Shown piece after piece: positions 27,349 through 35,473 of a DNA stretch of 37,631 nt. The notes beneath the pieces were generated by a model. The model was not told where the DNA came from. It did not search any database and saw only the letters and a program-made list of their open reading frames with translations. The translations under genes and the position numbers were made by a program. The number at the start of each line of letters is the position of its first letter. The first letter of the stretch is position 1. The DNA comes from a virus (Duplodnaviria; Caudoviricetes), in the IMG/VR virus record IMGVR_UViG_3300005611_000082, positions 1 through 37,631 of that record; one strand, written 5' to 3'.

Positions 27349-28310
27349 AACGGTATTTCTATTTGTTCAAACGAGTTAGGGTCAGGGAAAGAGTAGGTTC
27401 GGTCTGTACCATCTTTGTGGTAGTACCGATTCTGCATACGGTCATAGAAGAGGTACACATCTCCTGCCCGACCAATGCTCTTGGGCTTAGCCTTCAGGAC
27501 TCGAATCTTAACCTGATTAGGCTCATAAGGATTGCCATGCTCATCCTCAAGACCTAACGGACACCTCCATAGCGCGATGATAGCCATCCCCTTACGCGAC
27601 CACATTGTGCCTCCTGCGATGTCGTTAAAGGTAGGCTCAGGCAGGTAGCTGATGGTTCTTCCTGATGAGGACTGTCGAGTAACAACCTGTTGGTGGCGGG
27701 TATGTACCGCTACGATGGTGTGGATGTTGTACTTGTTGCTCATCTTACGAATCAGGGTAAGGTCTTGACCTACTGCGATGTCATCTCGCACTCCCTTTGC
27801 TACTGCGCTCTTAAACTCCGTATAGGGGTCTATCAGCACTCCCTTAATCATAGGGTCTTCGAGGATGGTATCTTCAATGGTGGTGTAGAAGTCAGCGATG
27901 GACATATCGTCTGCTCCTGCATCTACAACTATGAAGTGGGACTGCACAAACTCTATTGCCTTCTGCGCTTCTTCATCGGTGGCATAGTCTCCATCGTACT
28001 CTAAGAATGGCTTACGCAGGTATGCCCAACATAGCTCAGCGAATACCTCCTTAGGAGAACCCATCTCAGGAGTAGCCACAACCCATTTCCAACCTTTGTA
28101 CTCTGCCATATTCATCATCAGTTCGATAGAGAACTGGGACTTGCCCATTGCAGGTGCTGCAAACAAGATGGTAAAGCTACCCTCCTTGATGGAGTAATGC
28201 TCGTGCAGGTCTCTAAAGCCAGCCCATTCACCCTTCTGAGACCCTTCTCTGCGTAGTTGAAAGATGCCATCCCGTACATCATCAACTCTGTAAATCTTCT
28301 GCTTATTCAT
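27345..28310 (-). CDS. SF4 (DnaB/Twinkle-like) replicative helicase without a primase domain
   Basis: Walker A AAPAMGKS, PEM, Walker B LIDPY, VH, DIAG and K.K motifs. Confidence 0.88.
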   Translation of the reverse strand: MNKQKIYRVDDVRDGIFQLRREGSQKGEWAGFRDLHEHYSIKEGSFTILFAAPAMGKSQFSIELMMNMAEYKGWKWVVATPEMGSPKEVFAELCWAYLRKPFLEYDGDYATDEEAQKAIEFVQSHFIVVDAGADDMSIADFYTTIEDTILEDPMIKGVLIDPYTEFKSAVAKGVRDDIAVGQDLTLIRKMSNKYNIHTIVAVHTRHQQVVTRQSSSGRTISYLPEPTFNDIAGGTMWSRKGMAIIALWRCPLGLEDEHGNPYEPNQVKIRVLKAKPKSIGRAGDVYLFYDRMQNRYYHKDGTDRTYSFPDPNSFEQIEIPL

Positions 28311-28935
28311 TGCTTATTCTTTTTAAGTACCTATTTCGCATTGTTTGTATCCGACCAGAAACTGTTGTTGGATGCATTCCGATTTTATCAGCTATGGCAA
28401 CAATAGAATACCCATCGTAAAGCATAGGCATGATGCCAAACTTATCCATCTTGAATGTCTTTTTGAGGAACTCCTTATTGTGTTCATTCTGGATAGAATC
28501 TTCAACTGCCTTCTCTTCGTCTATATGCCCATTATACTGAATCTTCATCTCAAAGACTTCTTCTTTTGTGTATTCATTGGTGCTACCAATCTTCATATCT
28601 GCCTCATAGACCATCGGCATATTCTTTCGCTTACTTTTCGTGACAGTCTTTCCTGAGTCGAATAGGTATTTAGCAGTGGCTCTACCAAGCCTTGCAAATA
28701 CGTCTGTCTTATCCGTAATCTCATCGCCAATATACTTACACATCCCTAAGTAGAGTTCTGAATAGGCATCCTCCCAGTCAGACTCAGGAACATAGCCCCA
28801 TTTGAAGTTGCGATTAACCAATGTCATCACCGCCTTCATCTCCCTGAACATATAGTCCACCATCTTCTTGGATATCACCTTATCTTCCTCTGCCATCTTG
28901 CAGATGTTCTTATACATATTCTTGTCTACCTTCAT
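28303..28935 (-). CDS. Sigma70/ECF-like factor with C-terminal HTH
   Basis: Region 2-like DWEDAYSELYL; region 4 GYSIVAIADKIGMHPTTVSGRI. Confidence 0.7.
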   Translation of the reverse strand: MKVDKNMYKNICKMAEEDKVISKKMVDYMFREMKAVMTLVNRNFKWGYVPESDWEDAYSELYLGMCKYIGDEITDKTDVFARLGRATAKYLFDSGKTVTKSKRKNMPMVYEADMKIGSTNEYTKEEVFEMKIQYNGHIDEEKAVEDSIQNEHNKEFLKKTFKMDKFGIMPMLYDGYSIVAIADKIGMHPTTVSGRIQTMRNRYLKRISNE

Positions 28936-29570
28936 AGGTCTTGTTGTTTAATGAAACTTCCATCAACGGTCTTCCCAGTGCGATTCTTAATCTCATCGTA
29001 GGCTTTCTGGAAGGCTTCCGTAATATCAATGCCTAATTGGTCAGTAAGGATTGCGAGTACGACCATAATGTCTCCAATGGAGTCCAACTGCTCTTCTCGT
29101 TTGTCCTTTAGTATTGAAGCCATCAACTCTCCAACCTCCTCCATCAGCTTCATAGACTGGGACTTGACATCTGTAAGACCTTTTGCCTTACCCCATGACC
29201 TGCTCTTGCGAATCAAGATATCAATAATAGAGTTTGCATCAAGGTCATCGGACAGGATCAATTCTGACTTAATCTGATTAATCTTGTACTCCTTGCCGAA
29301 ACCTAAACCAATCTTACTTGAAACAGAGTTGAAGTGGTGTAATACACTTGCGTGGTCTCTATTGAACATCTTCCCTATGGAAACTGCGGTTAGCTTGGTA
29401 TGTGTCCGTAATAGGTATATAGCCGCTGCTCTTGCGGTAACATAAGTACCCTTTCTGCTTTCTCCCAAGAGAGATTCCTTATCGATGTCGTGGACTTCGC
29501 ATATCAATTTGATGAAGGTATCTTCGTTTACCCATATAGCCTTATCAAATACAAACTTTATCTTATTCAT
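28932..29570 (-). CDS. Fusion of a DnaA C-terminal HTH domain and a MazG-like NTP pyrophosphohydrolase
   Basis: AR..AIYL.R..T.L....IG..FNRDHASVLH plus KL.EE.GEL, D.IGD..VVL, AY.EIK.R.G..VDG.F.K; start moved to 29570 because the longer ORF overlaps a terminator. Confidence 0.85.
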   Translation of the reverse strand: MNKIKFVFDKAIWVNEDTFIKLICEVHDIDKESLLGESRKGTYVTARAAAIYLLRTHTKLTAVSIGKMFNRDHASVLHHFNSVSSKIGLGFGKEYKINQIKSELILSDDLDANSIIDILIRKSRSWGKAKGLTDVKSQSMKLMEEVGELMASILKDKREEQLDSIGDIMVVLAILTDQLGIDITEAFQKAYDEIKNRTGKTVDGSFIKQQDL

Positions 29571-29589
29571 TCCTTTATTTTTTATCCGT

Positions 29590-29615
29590 AAAAAAGAGGG
29601 GCAATATGCCCCTCT
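29590..29615 (-). terminator. Rho-independent terminator after ssb
   Basis: AGAGGGGCA-TAT-TGCCCCTCT followed by a T-run on the - strand. Confidence 0.88.
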
Positions 29616-29644
29616 ATACAATCAATCAACAAAAATAATCCGAC

Positions 29645-29905
29645 TTAGAATGGAAGGTCGGATTCACCTCCGTTTACGGGAGCAGGAGCACTGTTGCCTC
29701 CGCCCTGTGGAACATACTCATCAATCCAAGAGCTTCCGTTTCCGTCTTTCTTACTGGCAACCATAATGTTTACCCAACCCTTATCATTAAGGTGTTGCTT
29801 CAACATTTCGAGATGCTCGGCATTAAGACCGACTTTGTACATATCTCCGTACTGGGTTTGTTTAACGTGGGTAGACCCAACCCACTTTCTGCTGTTTTCA
29901 GCCAT
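29645..29905 (-). CDS. ssb: Short single-stranded DNA-binding protein
   Basis: Small beta domain, G/P linker and acidic ESDLPF C-terminus; follows the recombination genes. Confidence 0.7.
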   Translation of the reverse strand: MAENSRKWVGSTHVKQTQYGDMYKVGLNAEHLEMLKQHLNDKGWVNIMVASKKDGNGSSWIDEYVPQGGGNSAPAPVNGGESDLPF

Positions 29906-29931
29906 GGTAATAAAAATTAAAGGGTTAAAAG

Positions 29932-30681
29932 TTAAATGTCTTCTACTATAAGAAGGTCGTTTAAGTTGTACTGACCTTCGATAAACATCGTTCGATAAGT
30001 ACTGAGGTCTCGCTCTAAGCGATTCATTCCGTTCCTAAAGAACTCACTGTTCCTTCCGTAGCGGTATAGTGCAGGAGTATAAGGGAATGCTTTTTCAGAG
30101 GGTATGAACCAGAACTCATCCGCATCGAATAGTTCCATATACATTGCAGCTTGGCGGTGGTAGCCGTAGATGTAAGCGTATTTCTCAAAGTCAGTAACGT
30201 ACTTAGACGTACTCTTGAGGTCTGCTATGATGCGTACTCCATCTACATCCCATACCATATCTGCCTTGCCTTTGCACTTGATGCCGAATACTTCATTAAC
30301 GGCAGGCACTTCATGCTCAGATTCCTCGATGACCTCGCGTAATATGTCATGAGCCATTATATTCTCAGTCATATTCTTCGCCATATAGTACTCAGGTCGG
30401 GTAATCACATCCTTATTCCCAGCCTCCTCTACAAGTTCTTTATAGGCTTTGGTATTCCGAGAGGATACATCTGCCATCAGGAACTTAGATTCCAACTTGT
30501 GAGGCTCTAATATAAGGGTATGGAAGTAGTCTCCAAGGACAAAGTGGGAGGAAGAGGGGTACTCATACCTCCCCTCCATCCACAGAGCAAATAACCGAAT
30601 GTTCTCAGTCATCCTACCTAACATACTATTAGACACTAAGGTCTTATCGGAGTAATAGTCGCTGTCTAAATTCAGATTCAT
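29932..30681 (-). CDS. Exonuclease VIII/RecE-like PD-(D/E)XK nuclease (DUF3799-type)
   Basis: S.S.L, G..FH..ILEP, KGKAD, DLKS, Y..QAA.Y and EK..P motifs. Confidence 0.88.
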   Translation of the reverse strand: MNLNLDSDYYSDKTLVSNSMLGRMTENIRLFALWMEGRYEYPSSSHFVLGDYFHTLILEPHKLESKFLMADVSSRNTKAYKELVEEAGNKDVITRPEYYMAKNMTENIMAHDILREVIEESEHEVPAVNEVFGIKCKGKADMVWDVDGVRIIADLKSTSKYVTDFEKYAYIYGYHRQAAMYMELFDADEFWFIPSEKAFPYTPALYRYGRNSEFFRNGMNRLERDLSTYRTMFIEGQYNLNDLLIVEDI

Positions 30682-31262
30682 ATCATCTTCTTTAGTTCAG
30701 CCTTCTGACCATTAGTCAGCCATCGGTTCTTAGGCGAGTTGATAATCTTCTCATACGTCTCAGGCTTATTTTCAGCCGTTTTAAGGTACGATTTCATCTT
30801 CTCGAAGGGTGATACACTTGCGGAAGACGAAGATGGCTTAGAGGGGCTGTAATTGCCTCTATTCATCGCGCGCTCTCCATCATCATCATTCTCTGCGTTT
30901 AGACTCAGGGCAGATGAGATAGAATACCTGCGAGCGTAGGTTATAGCCGAACCCAGAGCCTGTGGGTCATTCTGCTTAGCAGCCACCAACTCTGAGCCAA
31001 GGATAGATACATACTGTCCTGACTCGTGGATAAAGGTCGTAGCGATGAAAGACGATGAGTCGATGTTTACTACTGGCTGAATGACCGCAAGATTAAACTC
31101 CTGCAACACAGGTTCTACGGTGTTTAAGATAGCAGACAGGTCTGCATACTTAGACTTAAAGAAAGGATTGGCTGACCCCTTAGTGATAGAGCCGATTTGA
31201 CTCTTAGCTTTTACGAGAGCCGATAAGACCTCGTTAGTAGCTTCTGACTTATCTATGAACAT
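30678..31262 (-). CDS. erf: ERF-family single-strand annealing protein
   Basis: NPFFKSKYADL, HESGQ, QALGSAITYARRY and DDDG motifs. Confidence 0.93.
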   Translation of the reverse strand: MFIDKSEATNEVLSALVKAKSQIGSITKGSANPFFKSKYADLSAILNTVEPVLQEFNLAVIQPVVNIDSSSFIATTFIHESGQYVSILGSELVAAKQNDPQALGSAITYARRYSISSALSLNAENDDDGERAMNRGNYSPSKPSSSSASVSPFEKMKSYLKTAENKPETYEKIINSPKNRWLTNGQKAELKKMI

Positions 31263-31293
31263 AATAAAAGGTATTGGTTACTACTCTGCTTCA

Positions 31294-31301
31294 CAAAGAT
31301 A
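31294..31301 (-). promoter_or_regulatory. Host-type -7 element TATCTTTG upstream of erf
   Basis: TAnnTTTG, intergenic, 31 nt before the ATG. Confidence 0.6.
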
Positions 31302-31356
31302 TAAAAACCTTTGCATAAAAATTGCCTATATAGAAAGATAATATAAGATGATGATA

Positions 31357-31500
31357 TTATTTCTTATCTCTATCTCTCCAGTAGACAGCGCATACTGCTA
31401 AGCGTTGCGCTCGGTTTGGGAACTTGGTGTTCATCTCACCATCTCCCATGCAGCGAGAGATAAACTCACTGCGGTTCTCATTTCTGTTTGGTGTAGGCAT
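31357..31500 (-). CDS. 47-aa conserved two-Cys phage protein (not in the ORF track)
   Basis: Translated by hand: MPTPNRNENRSEFISRCMGDGEMNTKFPNRAQRLAVCAVYWRDRDKK; FISRCM...QR.AVC...W motif. Confidence 0.8.
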   Translation of the reverse strand: MPTPNRNENRSEFISRCMGDGEMNTKFPNRAQRLAVCAVYWRDRDKK

Positions 31501-31639
31501 TGTTATTGGTGTTTAAGGTTAATCGTTCCACTGCAAGCTCCATCTGGGAATCATCGCAGTAATACTCTGACTTGACTACATCTCGCATCCAAGTCATAAA
31601 CAAGATGGTTGGACTTAGTGTCTTTAGTTGTTCTGACAT
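31478..31639 (-). CDS. 53-aa hypothetical protein (not in the ORF track)
   Basis: MSEQLKTLSPTILFMTWMRDVVKSEYYCDDSQMELAVERL...; A-rich start. Confidence 0.6.
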   Translation of the reverse strand: MSEQLKTLSPTILFMTWMRDVVKSEYYCDDSQMELAVERLTLNTNNNAYTKQK

Positions 31640-31744
31640 ATAATTATTGATTTAAAAGGGTTATTAATTGTTATTGCATATAATCTGATGATGTGCAAAA
31701 ACTACATTAACCACTATTTTAGGGTTTAATGGCGGGTAGTTCCC

Positions 31745-31906
31745 TCACTCTTTGGTGTTAAAGGTTTCGTTTAATAGGTCTGCTAACTCTTGAGCATCTT
31801 CACCGATAAAGCCAATCTTCTCGCCATCTACGAACACATCGTACCCAGTAGTGTAACAGCATCCGTCTCCGCAAGTGTGCTCATAATACTCAAGTGTTAT
31901 CTTCAT
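31745..31906 (-). CDS. 53-aa Cys-motif protein (CGDGCC), not in the ORF track
   Basis: MKITLEYYEHTCGDGCCYTTGYDVFVDGEKIGFIGEDAQELADLLNETFNTKE; ATGA overlap. Confidence 0.8.
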   Translation of the reverse strand: MKITLEYYEHTCGDGCCYTTGYDVFVDGEKIGFIGEDAQELADLLNETFNTKE

Positions 31907-32115
31907 CTCTCTTTGGTGTTAAAAGTTTCGTTGTAGTATTGTTCAGCACATCGCTTGACCCAATCTTTATCTAATGGGAATCTGTCATCCATCCAAGCAT
32001 TCATAATCTGCTCTCTCTCTTTCCTCTCCAAGTCATTGTTGAGCATCCACGCCTTAAAATCGGCATCGCTCATTAAGTTGAAGTTGTAATATACTTCCTG
32101 AATTACTGTTTTCAT
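31903..32115 (-). CDS. Small hypothetical protein ending YYNETFNTKER
   Basis: E.EQI..A and YYNETF motifs, similar to 32230..32484. Confidence 0.8.
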   Translation of the reverse strand: MKTVIQEVYYNFNLMSDADFKAWMLNNDLERKEREQIMNAWMDDRFPLDKDWVKRCAEQYYNETFNTKER

Positions 32116-32229
32116 TTCTCTTCGGTGTTAAAATGTCTAAAATGTCTAAAAAATGTCTAAGCTATTGTCAAGCTATATCCTGACCTATTAATACCCTGTG
32201 TAAGGCTATAACCTGACCCTGATTTCTGC

Positions 32230-32484
32230 CTAACGTCCGTAATACCAATTATAAAACGCCTCGCCATCATTAGGCTTATCGTTATTATATACATCATCTA
32301 CAAAACTGTCCAGATTGGCTTGGTCATAGGCAGTAACTATCTGCTTCTTCTCCATCTCCTTAGCCTCGTTTAAGAACTTAAACCTCCATTCATCTGCGGT
32401 GGCGGGAGATATCTCATCCCGCCTACGCATCCAGTCAATGTAGTTGTACTTCTCTGCTAACCATTCAACTGCTGACTTCTTCAT
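32230..32484 (-). CDS. Small hypothetical protein (SAVEWL...AKEMEK.QI..AY family)
   Basis: Paralog-like to 31903..32115. Confidence 0.8.
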   Translation of the reverse strand: MKKSAVEWLAEKYNYIDWMRRRDEISPATADEWRFKFLNEAKEMEKKQIVTAYDQANLDSFVDDVYNNDKPNDGEAFYNWYYGR

Positions 32485-32656
32485 TTCTGTTTACTTTTAA
32501 TTGATTACTGCTGGTTTCTTTACCCTTCCTGTAATAAAGGTATAAAAGGTCGCGCTCGTGGTTGTACCACCGCTCTGCTTCCGCCTTAGTAATAGGGAAC
32601 TCATACTTCTTTAGGTGTTGTAGTATCATAGACACTACGCTTTCTTCATTGCTCAT
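32465..32656 (-). CDS. Hypothetical protein
   Basis: 63-aa ORF overlapping both neighbours. Confidence 0.65.
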   Translation of the reverse strand: MSNEESVVSMILQHLKKYEFPITKAEAERWYNHERDLLYLYYRKGKETSSNQLKVNRNEEVSS

Positions 32657-33533
32657 ATTCTTTTATTGCTTTAAATATTTGTAACGCTACCTGAGGCACT
32701 ATTGCATTCCCATAGGCTTTTATGGATTCGTTTCTCCACTTAGGAAAGGTGATACCGTCCAATTCTCTGGGAAGCCCATCATCTCCTCCACAAACAGGGG
32801 GTTTAGTCGGGAAGATTTCCCATCTTCCAATATCCCATTCGTCCCCAATCTTCTTAAAATCCTTCCCCCTTTGTCTAATTTCTTCGCCTGTTCTGGCGTG
32901 AGCTGGCTGTCTTTGTATTCCATTGCCGTTGGCGTTGGAAGCATTTGACTCACTTGAGTTGCTAAGTTTGGCATCTTCGTTCCATTTGGATATTTGTCCA
33001 TTCTCTTCTGAAACGTATCTAAATTCACCACTTCCTCTCTGGTCGTTGGAGTAAGCAACAAACCAGACCCTGTCTCTTTTGTGCGGGGCGTTGACGCCAG
33101 CAGCTGGAAGTAAAAACGGTTGGACTTCGTACCCTTCAGCTTCCAACTCAAGTTGCACCTCGTCGAATACCAGCCCTCCATTCCAATTAACAAGGCCGCG
33201 AACGTTTTCGCCCACAACCCAACGTGGCTTAATTTCTCGAATTGCTCTAAGCATTTCTGGGAATAAATGGCGTTCGTCATTCTTCCCAAGTCGCTTCCCT
33301 GCTGTGGAGTAGGGTTGGCAAGGGAATCCTCCTGTGAGGATGTCGATTGTTCCTCTGTGAATAGAGAAGTCTGTCTTGGTGATGTCTTCATAACTGATTG
33401 ATTTTGGAAAATGATGTTTTAATACCCTCTGACCGAATGGATTCCACTCGCAATGGAATATATTCTCCCATCCCATCCATTCTGCTGCAAGGTCGAACCC
33501 TCCGATTCCTGAAAATAAGCTACCATGTCTCAT
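32646..33533 (-). CDS. C5-cytosine DNA methyltransferase, alpha polypeptide (motifs I-VIII and X)
   Basis: FSGIGG, GFPCQ, ENV, H.R.R and YGNAIVP; motif IX not evident in this frame. Confidence 0.93.
   Translation of the reverse strand: MRHGSLFSGIGGFDLAAEWMGWENIFHCEWNPFGQRVLKHHFPKSISYEDITKTDFSIHRGTIDILTGGFPCQPYSTAGKRLGKNDERHLFPEMLRAIREIKPRWVVGENVRGLVNWNGGLVFDEVQLELEAEGYEVQPFLLPAAGVNAPHKRDRVWFVAYSNDQRGSGEFRYVSEENGQISKWNEDAKLSNSSESNASNANGNGIQRQPAHARTGEEIRQRGKDFKKIGDEWDIGRWEIFPTKPPVCGGDDGLPRELDGITFPKWRNESIKAYGNAIVPQVALQIFKAIKEYEQ
32720..33391 (-). CDS. Nested alternative-frame beta polypeptide of the C5 methyltransferase (motif IX)
   Basis: 223-codon open frame wholly inside the MTase gene; LLTPT/LPTPT repeats; ends RLNPLFVEEMMGFPENWT. 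Confidence 0.75.
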   Translation of the reverse strand: MKTSPRQTSLFTEEQSTSSQEDSLANPTPQQGSDLGRMTNAIYSQKCLEQFEKLSHVGLWAKTFAALLIGMEGWYSTRCNLSWKLKGTKSNRFYFQLLASTPRTKETGSGLLLTPTTREEVVNLDTFQKRMDKYPNGTKMPNLATQVSQMLPTPTAMEYKDSQLTPEQAKKLDKGGRILRRLGTNGILEDGKSSRLNPLFVEEMMGFPENWTVSPFLSGETNP

Positions 33534-33666
33534 TGTCTTCTATCTTATTGGAGATGCTCCAGTCATGGGACTTAAAGATGATCTCGTTGAATTTATACTC
33601 CTTTTTAACTTGGTCTGACTCGAAGGTCGTGGTTATCCCTCGGCTGTCCGTAATAGTAATCTTCAT
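33520..33666 (-). CDS. 48-aa hypothetical protein (not in the ORF track)
   Basis: MKITITDSRGITTTFESDQVKKEYKFNEIIFKSHDWSISNKIEDNETW; fills the gap with an ATGA overlap. Confidence 0.6.
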   Translation of the reverse strand: MKITITDSRGITTTFESDQVKKEYKFNEIIFKSHDWSISNKIEDNETW

Positions 33667-34088
33667 TGTAATATGGGTTTAGGTTCTGCTCCTCTTTCGT
33701 GATTGTAATGGTAATAGCTCCATTCATCTACCTCCGCTGAGATGTCTATGGCGAAGGTCGAATCATCGTCTTCATCGTTACAATCTACAAAGATGTTGAG
33801 ACTTCCATCATGTACAGGAGAGTAATGGTCGAAGGCTACCAGTGGCTCATCCTCATTCACGCGCTCGAATGTCCAGAAGCAGGAGATGATGTACTCCTTT
33901 CCGTCTTTTAGCTTCACCTCCTCATAGAGATGGAATCGAAGGCGTGGTACTGCCTCTAAGAACTTATAATGTTCGTATAAACAGTCATACAAGCCATCAA
34001 TTAGGTTATTAATGATACCTTTTACTTCAGCCGTAGCATATTGGTCTACGAATGCTTGGATGTCTAAATCTTTTCTTTCTGTAAACAT
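33663..34088 (-). CDS. Hypothetical acidic protein
   Basis: 141-aa ORF. Confidence 0.75.
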   Translation of the reverse strand: MFTERKDLDIQAFVDQYATAEVKGIINNLIDGLYDCLYEHYKFLEAVPRLRFHLYEEVKLKDGKEYIISCFWTFERVNEDEPLVAFDHYSPVHDGSLNIFVDCNDEDDDSTFAIDISAEVDEWSYYHYNHERGAEPKPILQ

Positions 34089-34090
34089 AA

Positions 34091-34246
34091 TTAATTGTAT
34101 AAATGGTTCATATCAAAGTAAGCGATTAAGGCGCATTGGTAGACCTCTTCAAAGTCTTGACCGATAAGGTCTGCCACTTCCTTAATCTCCTCCACCGAAG
34201 GGAATCGCATCCACTGATGTGGCAATGATTGGTTAATGTACCGCAT
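34091..34246 (-). CDS. 51-aa hypothetical protein (not in the ORF track)
   Basis: MRYINQSLPHQWMRFPSVEEIKEVADLIGQDFEEVYQCALIAYFDMNHLYN; fills the gap. Confidence 0.6.
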   Translation of the reverse strand: MRYINQSLPHQWMRFPSVEEIKEVADLIGQDFEEVYQCALIAYFDMNHLYN

Positions 34247-34805
34247 AGTCTGTTATAAAGTAATAAAAGCCTATAATTGGCTTCTGAGGGACTTTTAGCC
34301 TCTCGGAAGTATATTGGGTTATAGGCAGGTTAATAATCGTTGTATCGGCAAATAAAAGCACCACAACGCTCGAATCGGTGTATGGTGCATTGGGGTACTG
34401 ACCCTCAGGTGCATTGAACGAGGTTATCTCACTGTACTCATCGGAGTAGAAAGTAAGGGTAGAACCATCTGCAATCATACTGTCGCAACCTGTGATGTTT
34501 AAGGTACTGACCTGTGCCATCCCAAAGGTAGGGTCATAGGTGTTTAGGACTAAGAGCCTGAGCAGTACGTTGGAGCTATCTGCGAAGGGTGCGTAATAGG
34601 AGATAGGAGTGTAGATGATACGCTCGTGTCCGAACCAATCGGAGGGAGGGAACAAGATTCCCCTCCCAGCATCTGTTTCACTAACCAATCGCAAATAATT
34701 ATTCGACATAGGGTAGGTTGGTAGGGTAGGTACATCGCAAGTCAATAGCAATAATACCATAACCCAATACCTGACCCAATTAGTCGGACTCAAAACCAGT
34801 TTCAT
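34233..34805 (-). CDS. Putative lipoprotein
   Basis: From the ATG at 34805: MKLVLSPTNWVRYWVMVLLLLT-C lipobox-like, then a beta-rich body; start uncertain. Confidence 0.5.
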   Translation of the reverse strand: MKLVLSPTNWVRYWVMVLLLLTCDVPTLPTYPMSNNYLRLVSETDAGRGILFPPSDWFGHERIIYTPISYYAPFADSSNVLLRLLVLNTYDPTFGMAQVSTLNITGCDSMIADGSTLTFYSDEYSEITSFNAPEGQYPNAPYTDSSVVVLLFADTTIINLPITQYTSERLKVPQKPIIGFYYFITDYAVH

Positions 34806-35184
34806 AAGTGTCAATAAACTCAAGCATTTCATTGGTGATATCAATGAAGACCTCTCTAAATGCTACACCTATCTGAAACACTCTAAGAAAATAGCCATTA
34901 CCTCTTGGCATTAACATATTCTGAGATTCGGTATAAACACCAAACCTATTGAATCTACTGTCTAATTCAATGTATACCTCTCCGTAGACTGAGGTAGTTC
35001 CATTTTCATTGGACTTAATAACCTTATCATAAACTAAAGATGAGCTGGTATATACTGAGCCTTTAATACTATCAAGCTCTTCCTTAATCTCCGATAGGTA
35101 TTCCTTAACGTAGTCCTTCTCTCCAATAACAGCCACAAAGTCCCGATAATCATTGTACTTAATAATTGAATAACCCATAATCAA
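34780..35184 (-). CDS. Hypothetical protein
   Basis: 134-aa ORF coupled to the upstream gene. Confidence 0.7.
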   Translation of the reverse strand: MIMGYSIIKYNDYRDFVAVIGEKDYVKEYLSEIKEELDSIKGSVYTSSSLVYDKVIKSNENGTTSVYGEVYIELDSRFNRFGVYTESQNMLMPRGNGYFLRVFQIGVAFREVFIDITNEMLEFIDTYETGFESD

Positions 35185-35453
35185 TCCTGATTTAATTCAT
35201 CAATAACCTTCTCTGTGCCAATGGTAAGCTCTCTGAGCTGACCTGACTTGAAACTACGCCATCCCTTAGCGTTCATGTCGTAGTAAGCAATTTGGTCTTC
35301 TGCAAGAGTAGAGACACTACCTACGATAGCCGATGCCTTGAACTCCTTACCTAAGAACTTTCGGAGTGATCCGTCTTTCTTAATGTAAACACCACTAAAG
35401 AACTGACCCTTAGCTCCGTTGATAAATCCTCTGATTTCTTCTGTACTTGCCAT
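35181..35453 (-). CDS. WYL_2/DUF2693-like SH3/Sm beta-barrel protein (90 aa)
   Basis: F...YIKKDGS.R...G and YYD....GWRSF signature; start reassigned to MASTEE (35453) because the upstream extension is a structured RNA leader. Confidence 0.8.
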   Translation of the reverse strand: MASTEEIRGFINGAKGQFFSGVYIKKDGSLRKFLGKEFKASAIVGSVSTLAEDQIAYYDMNAKGWRSFKSGQLRELTIGTEKVIDELNQD

Positions 35454-35473
35454 AATAATAGAATTTAAGTTAG

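Noticed and set aside
29571-29621. Longer start for the DnaA_C-MazG ORF
   Set aside because: It lies inside a terminator hairpin
31500-32135. CRISPR array or mini-array
   Set aside because: Repeats are degenerate, spaced about 160-250 nt apart, and separated by ORFs
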